A stretch of 28,322 bases of DNA, taken from a virus (Duplodnaviria; Caudoviricetes). Below, piece by piece: positions 18,873-28,294 of the stretch. The position numbers were made by a program, and so were the translations under genes. The stretch is from positions 1 through 28,322 of IMG/VR virus record IMGVR_UViG_3300032216_001584, one strand, 5' to 3'. Numbering within the stretch: position 1 is the stretch's first letter; each line of letters begins with the position of its first letter. The notes beneath the pieces are model-generated. The model worked only from the letters and a program-made list of their open reading frames with translations, ran no database searches and was not told where the DNA came from.

Positions 18873-18877
18873 GTATA

Positions 18878-20431
18878 TTAGAATTGTGGGATTTCTTCAA
18901 TCAAAACTGTGCGAGACAGATCTTCAATGAATACATCACAACGATCTTTCATCCAAATTTCGTAACCAGGGAATTTGTTTGCAGAACTCATACCTTGAGA
19001 CTTAGCAAAGCCCAAGTGATGACGGGTTCCATCAATATAACCCCAAGTCATGGAAGGAGCACCTTTCAAGCGAACCTCACGAATGTTGTTAACCATAGAA
19101 CCATCGCTCATTGGAGAAACATCAAACACCATGAATACAGGAGTAGATTTTTTGTTCTGACCAAATTCCAAGTTAGATTGGGGAAGATCAAGTTCTTTAA
19201 GGTGAATCAGTTCAACACGACCAGTCTCACGAGTAACCATGCTATCAAAAGCAAAGTTGTAAGTGATGTGTTGACCTTCGCCTTGCATGTAACGATTTCC
19301 AGAATCAGCCATCAAGGTAAGACCGCTATTCAAAGCGTCAGTCTTAAGAGCTTGTTGGAATACGTCAAAACCAGCTTCATTGGTGTACATTTTAACCTTA
19401 CGGTCTTTAACATCCACCCTACGATAGAACAAGTCACCAAATACGGAACGGATCAAATTTGCAGTGAATTCACCACGATTGTATTGTACGAGGTTACCAT
19501 TGTTACGCATCCTGTGATATACACCAGCAGAAGTACGCTTCAATTCTTGCTTGCCACCACCAGTTTTAACAGTGCCAGGCTTGCTCCAAATCATACGCTT
19601 AACTTTCAATTCAAGCATAGACTTACGCATCCAGAATTCAACAAATGGTTCCCATTTAACATCATTACGAGTCAAAGGCAATTGGTTCCTACGCTGAGGA
19701 GCATAAACCAAGATGTCCAAAGGCTTACCAGAAGCATCTTTCATCATACGGTCATCAGCCCATTCAGTGATTTTGTGCTCATAACCATAAGCAGAACCAA
19801 GGCTTTCAAACATTGTGATTTGCTCACCAAGACGAGGAAGACCCAAGAGATCTTGATCAAACTCACCGATAGCAGCATCAACCAATTCCAACTCAAGACC
19901 AGTTTGGAGGAAGGTAGAGCTTACAAAATCAACAATAGGGTTGTCACTTACGAGAGTGAAGGTATACAACCATCCAGCATTCCACTGAACAGGATCTTTC
20001 ACTACGTAGAAACGAGGACCATATTGGCGAGAACCAACAGATACGATTGCATTCTTGGAAAACTCATTGCTATCCAAAACCAAAGAGAACTCTTGGCCAT
20101 CAATACCAGGCTTGGTCAAGTTCAATGTAGATGTAGGGATATCGATAATTTTAGGGAACTTGTAAGGAACAGCAATCTGCCATTTCCAAGCATCACTATT
20201 ATTATCAATGTAGTAAGGAGTAGATTTGTTAATCATATCCAAGAAGTCATTGCTGTACAATGAACTTTGAGTGTACAAGCTGATAATTTTCTTATCATAA
20301 TCAGCAGGTTCAGTGGAGTGGAAACTCTCCAAGTGATTAGTGTCGGTCAACTTACCAACAGCACGTTTATCCATAGAGGCTACCCTAGCATAAGCAAAGC
20401 CAGTAACTCCAGGTATTGTTTGAATAGGCAT
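18878..20431 (-). CDS. Major capsid protein (crAss-like, HK97 fold)
   Basis: 517 aa. Follows portal and acidic protein; strong codon bias; KVKMYTNEAGFDVF and C-terminal GYEIWMKDRCDVFIEDLSRT resemble crAss-like MCPs. Confidence 0.85.
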   Translation of the reverse strand: MPIQTIPGVTGFAYARVASMDKRAVGKLTDTNHLESFHSTEPADYDKKIISLYTQSSLYSNDFLDMINKSTPYYIDNNSDAWKWQIAVPYKFPKIIDIPTSTLNLTKPGIDGQEFSLVLDSNEFSKNAIVSVGSRQYGPRFYVVKDPVQWNAGWLYTFTLVSDNPIVDFVSSTFLQTGLELELVDAAIGEFDQDLLGLPRLGEQITMFESLGSAYGYEHKITEWADDRMMKDASGKPLDILVYAPQRRNQLPLTRNDVKWEPFVEFWMRKSMLELKVKRMIWSKPGTVKTGGGKQELKRTSAGVYHRMRNNGNLVQYNRGEFTANLIRSVFGDLFYRRVDVKDRKVKMYTNEAGFDVFQQALKTDALNSGLTLMADSGNRYMQGEGQHITYNFAFDSMVTRETGRVELIHLKELDLPQSNLEFGQNKKSTPVFMVFDVSPMSDGSMVNNIREVRLKGAPSMTWGYIDGTRHHLGFAKSQGMSSANKFPGYEIWMKDRCDVFIEDLSRTVLIEEIPQF

Positions 20432-20461
20432 TTTTTTGTTATTTTAATTTAAATGTTTAAT

Positions 20462-21679
20462 TTATTGAAACCACGATGTGGGCTTTCCCTTTGATGATGT
20501 AGATTTGGCTGCTTTTGTGGTTTGCCTTGCCACTTCACTAAAGAGTTCATTTGACTTTGAGGTCACTCCTCTTTTTTGAATTGTGGAAAGCGTAGGATCA
20601 GTTTCAAGAAGTTTCATTAGAAGTCCCACTTTAACTTTCAGTCCATGATTTTCAGGACGTTTGAGTTCAAGGATTTGCCTATCAAATTCTGTCAATTTCT
20701 CTCCTGATGGGGTTTGATATTTTTCAGCAAGTAGATAGTCTTGAAGTTCATTTGCAATCTTAGGATTTAAAGGAATACCATCAAACTCTTTGGTCTTTAC
20801 TTTTTCCTGAAGAATTGTTTGTACATTGTTTATATATTGATTTCTAATTGCAGCTTGTTTTTGCAATTGTTGCTCACGTTGTTGTTCAAGTTGTTGAAGT
20901 TTTGCAGCTTCTTTCTTTACCAAAACTTTGTGATGTTTCTGAGAAACTGTTTCAAGATCTCCGTAATTTTTCAAACGTTCAATCTCTGTATCAATATCTT
21001 CAGAATCAAAACCTTGGTCAGTCAATGCTTGACGCAATACAGCAACTTGATTTTCTTCTCTAGAAAGATCTAGTTCGGAAAAATTGTCAATGTTATTATA
21101 TACACTGAAATATTCTTTTGGATTGACACCTTTTACAAAAATTGCATCAAAGGCATCTTGATAATCTTCTCCAAATTGACCAATGAAATTTTGAACAATC
21201 TCAATTGCTCCTTTCTTCTTTTCTGCCGTAAACCTTTCAAGAAACTCTTCAGGAGTGGAGATTTGAACATCTTCTTCGTCATCATCTTTGCTAAAAACCC
21301 CTAGTTTAAAAAGATCATTAGCAAGTGCGCCAAAGCGAGAAGTTTCTTCCTCACCATCTTCTACATCTTCTTCAGTGGTTTCAGTAGCTTTTGCAGATTT
21401 TACATCTTTTTCTACTTCTTCCTCTTCTTCCTCATCATCATCGCTGTCCATGAGAAAGTCTTGTATAGATTTGGTGGTGTCTTTTTTCTCTTCTTTTTCC
21501 TTTTTTTCAGCAGGTTTTTCTGGAGCAGGTTCTGCTATTTTCTGTACATCTTCGGGAGAAGATGTTGATGTTTCAGGACCCATGAGATCGTTCAACAATT
21601 CAGTGTTGCCGAATCCCATTTCCATAGTATCCTCAATGCTGAAATTCCCAACTTGGGGAGTTTCTTGATTTGCAGCCAT
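20462..21679 (-). CDS. Acidic putative scaffolding/assembly protein
   Basis: 405 aa. Very D/E-rich N-terminal half, coiled coil, directly upstream of MCP. Confidence 0.6.
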   Translation of the reverse strand: MAANQETPQVGNFSIEDTMEMGFGNTELLNDLMGPETSTSSPEDVQKIAEPAPEKPAEKKEKEEKKDTTKSIQDFLMDSDDDEEEEEEVEKDVKSAKATETTEEDVEDGEEETSRFGALANDLFKLGVFSKDDDEEDVQISTPEEFLERFTAEKKKGAIEIVQNFIGQFGEDYQDAFDAIFVKGVNPKEYFSVYNNIDNFSELDLSREENQVAVLRQALTDQGFDSEDIDTEIERLKNYGDLETVSQKHHKVLVKKEAAKLQQLEQQREQQLQKQAAIRNQYINNVQTILQEKVKTKEFDGIPLNPKIANELQDYLLAEKYQTPSGEKLTEFDRQILELKRPENHGLKVKVGLLMKLLETDPTLSTIQKRGVTSKSNELFSEVARQTTKAAKSTSSKGKPTSWFQ

Positions 21680-21711
21680 ATGTAGTTCTTTTAATAATTG
21701 GTTTTCTAATG

Positions 21712-21742
21712 TAAAAATAGAATAGTGTTATATAATCTCAAA
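21712..21742 (-). promoter_or_regulatory. Putative Bacteroidota-type promoter TTTG-N19-TATTTTTA
   Basis: Same architecture as 11034..11065; 32 nt upstream of the ATG at 21679, in an AT-rich spacer. Confidence 0.6.
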
Positions 21743-21821
21743 GACATAGAACAGTTGTATAATCAATTTTCAGGATAATATAGCATTGTAAGTTTTTACT
21801 ATAATTAAAATTGTTTGAATT

Positions 21822-22046
21822 TTAATCATCTTCCATGTCTTCTTCTTGTAAAACGTCTGGATTTACAATGGAAGAGCATTCAAAATCATATAGTTCTACA
21901 ACGTCTCCCATAAAATCTAATCTAAATATGAATTGGTTTCCTGGAACAATTATGATCCCAACTAGCAGATGTGGTAGCTGGTCAGGATCATTTTTTATGT
22001 ACCAAACACTTCCGAATTCAAGGTCTGTTTTAATTTTGATACTCAT
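21822..22046 (-). CDS. Hypothetical protein
   Basis: 74 aa; start overlaps the portal stop (TAATG). Confidence 0.65.
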   Translation of the reverse strand: MSIKIKTDLEFGSVWYIKNDPDQLPHLLVGIIIVPGNQFIFRLDFMGDVVELYDFECSSIVNPDVLQEEDMEDD

Positions 22047-24628
22047 TATTTTTTAGGTTTACTTCTGTTTTTTGCATTTTGTTTTGCTATCTCAAGATCA
22101 TTCTTTTGATTTTCTCTTGCTACCTGTAACTTTTCTCTTTCAATCTGCATCTTTTCAGAATTTTGCCTGTTTTTAGATTGTATCTCTGCAAGTTTCAAAT
22201 CATGTGCTTTCAATGCAGACATTCTTTCGTGTTCAAGTTTTCCAATTTCAAGAACATCAGGAACAGCATTTGTATCAACATCTGGAAGAGCATTGCCTTT
22301 TGCTTCAGCATTAATGAGTGCAATCTCTTTCTTATTGATTCTATCAAGTTCGTTTTGATAATCATCATGAGCAAGTTGTTGTTCATGTTGCATTTGAGCT
22401 TGCTGCATTTGAGCCTCTGCTTGCTTTTGTTGTTGCTCAAGTTGCTGCTGTTGCATTTGTTGTTGCTGCTGCTGTATTTGATCTTGCTTTTCTTTAAGTG
22501 TCTTAAACACTTTTTTCATTTGTCTTACAGAATCTGTAGAATACAATTCAATTACATCGTGCAATGAACCGCCATTTTGTAGAACAGCTTGTGACAATTG
22601 CCTAATTTCATTGAACATTTTCTGATCTTCAGGTCTGTTGGTAGCAAATATTTTAAGATCACGGAATCTGAGGTCTGCACCATTCACTTGCACAAATGCA
22701 GATTCTCCTCTATTTGTAATATATGATATTGTGGATTCAGGTTTTGCACTTTCAACGTACAATGAGGCATCAATTATTGCTTGATACAATTGACCCAGTA
22801 CATATTCATGAGCAACAAACAAAGGTTCTGTTTGAGAGTAGCTTTGCTGCATTGCTGTTTGTGTTCCTGTAGCTGTTTCTGTAGCTGTTATAGAGCCCAT
22901 TCTTTGCCTTGACATTCCAATCAACTCCCAGCATTCATTCTTCATTTGCATAGCTAGATTATACCTAGATTGAATCTCCTGTGTACGTGTAAGATCAATA
23001 TCCCTAAACTGATTGAAACTTGATGGGCTTTTTAGATTTTCAGGACTATCATCAATAAATACAACACCTCTGTTACGAGCTTCAAGTTCCCACATATCCA
23101 ATGCATCTTGAGCATCACCATCTTTAGGAACAGGAATGTGTCTGATTGATGTCAAATAAACCTTACCCACTTCTTTTTCAAGAAGCTTGAACAATTGGTT
23201 CATGCATACATTATATATTGTCTGAAAAGGTTTCATTAAATCTACCAGACTTTTTGCTTCTGTATTCTTCACCTCATGAACAACACCAATAATTGGGCAA
23301 TATGGAAGAAGTTTGTATGGTTTAATGTGATAGATGTCTGGACCAATCTTAATACCTTGATACCATTGATTAATCCATCCCCATTCCAAAGATTGCTCTG
23401 TAGGAATAGTTCCTTTTTTATAATTCTCATCAACAAGCATAGATTGCTCATTACCCATCTCATCAAGATAGATGAGCTTACCTATCTTTTTCTTACTGAT
23501 CCAATAAGCTCTTACAACAACGTATTTGTAACCAAAAGAAGAAACATTTGATGTAAGTCCGAGGAAATCTTTAAGACCATCGTTGTTTTCTTTCATTTCT
23601 GATTCAATGATCATCCTTGTCTGAAGAACTGCAGGATCGTATGTGTCATAATTTACTGAATCAATACCAGGTGTAGCATTTGGATTACCAAGATTGGATT
23701 CACGAACATTAATCAATCCATAATCTTGAAGAGAACTTCTGAGATGGTCAATCTCATCTTTTGTAAGATCTGGGAAAGTTTCAATAATCTCTGACAATTC
23801 CATTACATTCACCATTCCTGCAGCATATGCACCTTGTGCACGTCCTGTAGGATCAGAGATGTATTTTCTATCTGGAGTGGTGAGGAACCATGTGTTTTTT
23901 GGGTTTGCAACCTCAACATTAAATCCTGTTTTGGAATTATCCTCATATATATGATAGAACTCTCGTGCAGTGATGAGCATATCTCTGAATGCATCCTCTG
24001 ATTTCTCTTTTATATTGAATTCAGCTTTCTGGCTATTCAGTACATGATTTGCCCACTTTTCAGCAGTTGATGTGTACGTATCTAATTGATCTTGAACCTG
24101 TTCCATTGTCATTTGTTGCAATTGCTCAGGATCAATTTCTTCTCCATTCTGTGCAGCTTTCTGTGCAAGTTCCATTTTGATTTCATTCATCAAATAGTCT
24201 TGCAGAAGCTGTGTTTTAAATTGTAGTTCTTCAGCTTGGCTATCGTCATCAAATGCTTTGATCATAAATGAATTAGGTCGTTTTGTAATTTCTCCAACCA
24301 ATTCATTTACAGGAGTGGTGACAATAGAATAATGTTTCACATAGGCAGGAAGTTGCAAATCTGCTTGGAGCATTTCTGTAAAACTCTTTACTTGTGGTTC
24401 TTGATAGAAATCTTCTGGACGAAGAATTCCTTTCATCAAATCGTAATTTTTTACAAATGTATCCCTGTTCTTTATGTATTCTGCGTAAGCCTTGTTAGCG
24501 AAATAGTCCATTGTGTTTTTCACCCAAGACTCATCCATCTTTTCCTTTTCTGTCTTAAATTGATCTGGAAAGATGTTAAGGTAGGCATACCGTATGGTAG
24601 CATCCTTTGTATATCTTATAATTGCCAT
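22046..24628 (-). CDS. Portal protein
   Basis: Probable start MAIIRY at 24628 (860 aa). Directly after TerL; KSLVDLMKPFQ, ELIGMSRQRMG; long Gln-rich C-terminal coiled coil (barrel). Confidence 0.9.
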   Translation of the reverse strand: MAIIRYTKDATIRYAYLNIFPDQFKTEKEKMDESWVKNTMDYFANKAYAEYIKNRDTFVKNYDLMKGILRPEDFYQEPQVKSFTEMLQADLQLPAYVKHYSIVTTPVNELVGEITKRPNSFMIKAFDDDSQAEELQFKTQLLQDYLMNEIKMELAQKAAQNGEEIDPEQLQQMTMEQVQDQLDTYTSTAEKWANHVLNSQKAEFNIKEKSEDAFRDMLITAREFYHIYEDNSKTGFNVEVANPKNTWFLTTPDRKYISDPTGRAQGAYAAGMVNVMELSEIIETFPDLTKDEIDHLRSSLQDYGLINVRESNLGNPNATPGIDSVNYDTYDPAVLQTRMIIESEMKENNDGLKDFLGLTSNVSSFGYKYVVVRAYWISKKKIGKLIYLDEMGNEQSMLVDENYKKGTIPTEQSLEWGWINQWYQGIKIGPDIYHIKPYKLLPYCPIIGVVHEVKNTEAKSLVDLMKPFQTIYNVCMNQLFKLLEKEVGKVYLTSIRHIPVPKDGDAQDALDMWELEARNRGVVFIDDSPENLKSPSSFNQFRDIDLTRTQEIQSRYNLAMQMKNECWELIGMSRQRMGSITATETATGTQTAMQQSYSQTEPLFVAHEYVLGQLYQAIIDASLYVESAKPESTISYITNRGESAFVQVNGADLRFRDLKIFATNRPEDQKMFNEIRQLSQAVLQNGGSLHDVIELYSTDSVRQMKKVFKTLKEKQDQIQQQQQQMQQQQLEQQQKQAEAQMQQAQMQHEQQLAHDDYQNELDRINKKEIALINAEAKGNALPDVDTNAVPDVLEIGKLEHERMSALKAHDLKLAEIQSKNRQNSEKMQIEREKLQVARENQKNDLEIAKQNAKNRSKPKK

Positions 24629-24629
24629 C

Positions 24630-26660
24630 TTAGTTAAATAATTTACGTTTGTATTTTCTAGAAGAATCAAACATATGACTTGATTCGTTGAATAGCCTGT
24701 TTGATGGTTTTCCTGAATACAACGATTTTACCCTTGCATCCTCGCTTCCTCCAATCTTTCCCATAATAGGATCCATTTTTAAAGCTTGTGCTATGGCCAG
24801 TTCTGCTGCAACTATACGGTCAAAGTTTCCCTGGTCGTTATACTGTATAATCTCTTCAAGAAGAACAGGATCAAACATTTTGCTCACACCTGTCACTTCT
24901 CTTGTCGTGTTGCCATTTTCATCTTTCTCTATCAGAATAGATTCCTCAAGATAGGATTTTAAACAATTATGTAAATAATCAATCACCTTTTGTGAAGATC
25001 TGTGTATTCCAAACTCACGTTTTACAGTGGTGTTTGGAACCACTTCCATCAACCATTGAGGTTGTTTCTCAAGATAGTGAGCATCTCCTTTTGCTTTCAT
25101 GAATTCTATAAAGGAAATGTCATCATTCTCACAAAGGGCTCTAGCATTATAATATTTAATAAGCAATCGTGCTTGCTCTTCCCATGTTTCTTTCTTATCT
25201 GGACGAGCTACGTACGAAGCTACAAACATATCTTGGTATTTCTCACCAAGAAGATTGTGCATCCTTTTATATATGTATACAGCTCCTAAAGAAGAACTAT
25301 ATGCAGATTTTCCTTGTCTATAAGGGTCAACTCCTGCAACATACAATCCATATGGAGGATTTTCCACTGGAAATTCATAAATTACTACAGGAGCATCTTT
25401 AAGATCATTATTCTTTAATGGAAAGTTTGTAATAGGAAGCTTGTCTGTAAACTCGTGATTTATTTTGTCTCCATCATTAAATAAAATAACAGGAATTCCT
25501 GTTCTTGCTTGCAATAACAATCTTGACTTCTGTCTTTTTGCAGCTTCTATATCAAAGATGTTTGTATCCTCATTAAGAAAGATGTCATCTACATCCATAG
25601 GATAGTACATCTTTTCTTTTAAATAAGCTATCCTATCTCCAGCTTTCCTAAGTCTTTCAAGATTTGTAGAAGTTATCTGTGCGGCCTTCTCTTCATTGCT
25701 CACTAGCATTTTCACTTCATGAAGACTGCTATCAACAGGCTTATCAAGGAAAGCTCCAAGTGTAGATTGTTCTTTGGCTTCCATCCTATACTTATAGGAA
25801 ATGTACAACCCATGAATCCTTCTTTCATCCTTTTCATTATTATATGTAAGAAAGTTGAAATTGTCTACATCAAAGAACAAGCTTTTGGCATCCATGAATT
25901 TCTTCATATCACCACCTGTACCTGTAAGGATTGGGGAACAACCCCATCCATAAGGAGTGGTGAAACCAGGAACAGCTGCTTGAAAGCCTCTTAGAAAATT
26001 ACCTTTACCAATCTCATCTATAATAAGCTTTCTTGGTTTTGTACCTGCAATAGCCTCCTCATTATTACCCTCATCAAGGTTACGAATAAGGATTTGAGAA
26101 AATGGAATCCTTTCTCCAGCCTTTGTTTTAATACCAAGTGTCACCTGATTCTTCCAATTATCCTCAACTCTTTGCCATCTCCAAGCTTCAGGAATAAAGT
26201 TTAATCCCTTGTCAATCTTATCTGTAATAAGCTTTATATCTGGGGCATTCAGCCCAGCAATAATGTTTTGTGAGTTTTCATCAAATGTGGCTCCCCACGC
26301 TATATAGCTTGCCTCAATTACAGACTTTGCAAAACGTCTGATTCCAAGAATGACAAGACCTTTCTTTTCTTGTGCAGCTTTGTCAATCTCATTGCTCACC
26401 ACCCACTCATTATCACGCAATAATGGGTTGGCATATTTTTGTGAAATTCTTCCATTTTCATCAATTACATCCACTTCTGTATGCCAAACATTCAAGTGCC
26501 AATACAAAAAGGGGTTAATATAAACCCCATCCATTGTAGCTCCGTTTAAGCACACCTCTTTATGAAAATCAAAGAATTGTTTATACTCTTGAGAATCCTT
26601 ATCAGGGATTCGTTTCTGATTTATAAACCAATCCTTATAATCTATATTATGTAGTTTCAT
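24630..26660 (-). CDS. terL: Terminase large subunit
   Basis: 676 aa. Walker A-like GIRRFAKS, Walker B LIIDEIGK, coupling motif GTGGD, nuclease motifs YVAGVDPY and NFDRIVA. Confidence 0.92.
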   Translation of the reverse strand: MKLHNIDYKDWFINQKRIPDKDSQEYKQFFDFHKEVCLNGATMDGVYINPFLYWHLNVWHTEVDVIDENGRISQKYANPLLRDNEWVVSNEIDKAAQEKKGLVILGIRRFAKSVIEASYIAWGATFDENSQNIIAGLNAPDIKLITDKIDKGLNFIPEAWRWQRVEDNWKNQVTLGIKTKAGERIPFSQILIRNLDEGNNEEAIAGTKPRKLIIDEIGKGNFLRGFQAAVPGFTTPYGWGCSPILTGTGGDMKKFMDAKSLFFDVDNFNFLTYNNEKDERRIHGLYISYKYRMEAKEQSTLGAFLDKPVDSSLHEVKMLVSNEEKAAQITSTNLERLRKAGDRIAYLKEKMYYPMDVDDIFLNEDTNIFDIEAAKRQKSRLLLQARTGIPVILFNDGDKINHEFTDKLPITNFPLKNNDLKDAPVVIYEFPVENPPYGLYVAGVDPYRQGKSAYSSSLGAVYIYKRMHNLLGEKYQDMFVASYVARPDKKETWEEQARLLIKYYNARALCENDDISFIEFMKAKGDAHYLEKQPQWLMEVVPNTTVKREFGIHRSSQKVIDYLHNCLKSYLEESILIEKDENGNTTREVTGVSKMFDPVLLEEIIQYNDQGNFDRIVAAELAIAQALKMDPIMGKIGGSEDARVKSLYSGKPSNRLFNESSHMFDSSRKYKRKLFN

Positions 26661-26992
26661 TTCCTATTCTTTAGGAAGTCTTCTGCCATTGAGCTAAGTT
26701 CTCCCTTTCCTCTCACTTCAACCTTTGCTTCTTCTTTTTCTCTAAGCTTGTCAACCACTTCCAAAAGACCAAGATAGTTTTTCATTGTCTCCTGAATAAA
26801 CTTTCCTTGTGATTCTATACTTGCAATAACCATTGGAAGCATTCCTCCCTTAGCTGTTGGCTTCCATTCAATCCTATCTTTAAGTTCATGTAAGGGATTG
26901 GCATCAACATAAGCTTTCCATGAAATCAGCTGTTGTTCAGCCCAATCCAATTCAGCATTTATAAATGTCGTCTTTTTAACTGCCATAATCAT
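26657..26992 (-). CDS. Putative terminase small subunit
   Basis: About 110 aa, helical, overlaps the TerL start (ATGA), with C-terminal VEVRG. Assignment is by position. Confidence 0.45.
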   Translation of the reverse strand: MIMAVKKTTFINAELDWAEQQLISWKAYVDANPLHELKDRIEWKPTAKGGMLPMVIASIESQGKFIQETMKNYLGLLEVVDKLREKEEAKVEVRGKGELSSMAEDFLKNRK

Positions 26993-27254
26993 CCTCCTCT
27001 TCCTTTAATATATTATCCAGATCAATTCCATCTTTCAAAATCTTTTCAACGTCCTCTTCTGGAACAACATTCATATCAAGCTCTGCCTGATATTTCTCAA
27101 GAGCATACAAAATCTCTTTATCTGAAACTGCCCAAAGATCTCCATAATCTGACAAAGCTGTAGACAAATGTCTACCTATATTATATGTAGGATAGGATTT
27201 GTGCAACTCTGTAAAGATTGTCAAGATTTGGTTATAGTAGTTTGGTTTTTTCAT
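26976..27254 (-). CDS. Hypothetical protein
   Basis: 92 aa, overlaps both neighbours. Confidence 0.7.
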   Translation of the reverse strand: MKKPNYYNQILTIFTELHKSYPTYNIGRHLSTALSDYGDLWAVSDKEILYALEKYQAELDMNVVPEEDVEKILKDGIDLDNILKEEEDDYGS

Positions 27255-27427
27255 ACCACAAGTCCTGAGGATTTGGCTGTCATTAAATTAACATCTTTCT
27301 TCACTATCTCTAGAAGATTCCTAATTTGCTCATTTGCAATCTTTTGTGTATCCTCATCAATACCAGGAGTGGCACAAATAGCTGCAAGCTTCTCAATCAC
27401 ATAAAATGTTGTACTAAAATCTGTCAT
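27251..27427 (-). CDS. Hypothetical protein, 58 aa
   Basis: Not in ORF track. MTDFSTTFYVIEKLAAICATPGIDEDTQKIANEQIRNLLEIVKKDVNLMTAKSSGLVV; ATGA overlaps at both ends. Confidence 0.8.
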   Translation of the reverse strand: MTDFSTTFYVIEKLAAICATPGIDEDTQKIANEQIRNLLEIVKKDVNLMTAKSSGLVV

Positions 27428-27651
27428 ATAAGATCGTTTAAATCTGTTGGTTTTTGTTTTGTTTTATCTGTTTTTTCCACTCTCTCTTTTTGTTCTTCTC
27501 CCTCTGAAGGAAGAATGCCTATAGAATCTTGCTCATCATCTGTAGATCCTACAATATCAATATAATCAATTCCCATGTCATATACATGAATCAATGCCTG
27601 TATAAACTTATACAAAGGAATCTTTGTCAATCTCACTTCTTTATCGCTCAT
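27424..27651 (-). CDS. Hypothetical protein
   Basis: 75 aa; ATGA overlaps at both ends. Confidence 0.7.
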   Translation of the reverse strand: MSDKEVRLTKIPLYKFIQALIHVYDMGIDYIDIVGSTDDEQDSIGILPSEGEEQKERVEKTDKTKQKPTDLNDLI

Positions 27652-27956
27652 TTCTTATATTCTGTTAATGCATGATCCATATCTTGCGTAACTTCTGGAA
27701 CAGCTTCCCAAAGTTTTCTTGGACATTCACATGATAAACATTTTGTCTTTGCTGAAAGCGTACATCCACAATCTGTACAATGTTCATCTGTTCTCAGCGT
27801 TCTGTAATGATCAAGAACTTTACGGTTTTCTGAGAACATTGCACAACCCCTGCATGTATTCATCCTCTCATCAGAAACCTTATTAATCAGCTCTTTCATG
27901 TGTGAAGGGGGAACCAGCTTGTTTCTCCATCCTTCATAAATCTGTGAAAAATTCAT
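27648..27956 (-). CDS. Cys-rich putative metal-binding protein (DUF6171-like)
   Basis: 102 aa. RxxxCxxC...CxxCGC....K......CP..W pattern. Confidence 0.7.
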   Translation of the reverse strand: MNFSQIYEGWRNKLVPPSHMKELINKVSDERMNTCRGCAMFSENRKVLDHYRTLRTDEHCTDCGCTLSAKTKCLSCECPRKLWEAVPEVTQDMDHALTEYKK

Positions 27957-28294
27957 TTCAATTTGGTTTTAAGCCATTCCACTTCCTTTTCAAAATGACT
28001 TATACGAGCAGGAAGTTTATCCAATTGTGTAATAGGCAAAGGATCTTTCATCTGCCTTTTATATTCCTCTATTCTCTCAAGAAGAAAAGCAAGACGTTTC
28101 TCTGCCTTCTTTGTGTTAAACGAAAACTTTCCAAATCCACTTATCTCTATAGAATCATTTGTTTTCATAGCTTCATTAGCAGATTGAAACTGATGGTTAA
28201 CAACAGCCTCAATTGTCTTCTCTGAAAGCCTTAATTTAACAGCTAGCACCCTCACTAAAAAATCCTTAAGAGGCATCGATTTTGGTCTGTCCAT
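27953..28294 (-). CDS. HU/IHF-like DNA-binding protein
   Basis: 113 aa. Two N-terminal helices then DSIEISGFGKF (HU signature); coiled-coil tail in place of the beta arms. Confidence 0.75.
   Translation of the reverse strand: MDRPKSMPLKDFLVRVLAVKLRLSEKTIEAVVNHQFQSANEAMKTNDSIEISGFGKFSFNTKKAEKRLAFLLERIEEYKRQMKDPLPITQLDKLPARISHFEKEVEWLKTKLK

Noticed and set aside
18884-20263. 459-aa plus-strand ORF antisense to the major capsid gene
   Set aside because: It is in codon register with the MCP and is explained by the MCP avoiding TTA/CTA/TCA codons. It has a non-ATG start and no recognisable motifs.
22370-22490. CAA/CAG repeat
   Set aside because: It encodes the Gln-rich coiled coil of the portal barrel and is not an independent repeat element.
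24629-24670. 14-aa N-terminal extension of the portal
   Set aside because: It overlaps TerL; the ATG at 24628 directly follows the TerL stop.
18878-26660. Introns or inteins in TerL, portal or MCP
   Set aside because: The ORFs are continuous, of ordinary size, and show no intein or homing-endonuclease motifs.
773-28225. Numerous short plus-strand and nested alternative-frame ORFs in the track
   Set aside because: They are shadows of the minus-strand genes with no independent support.
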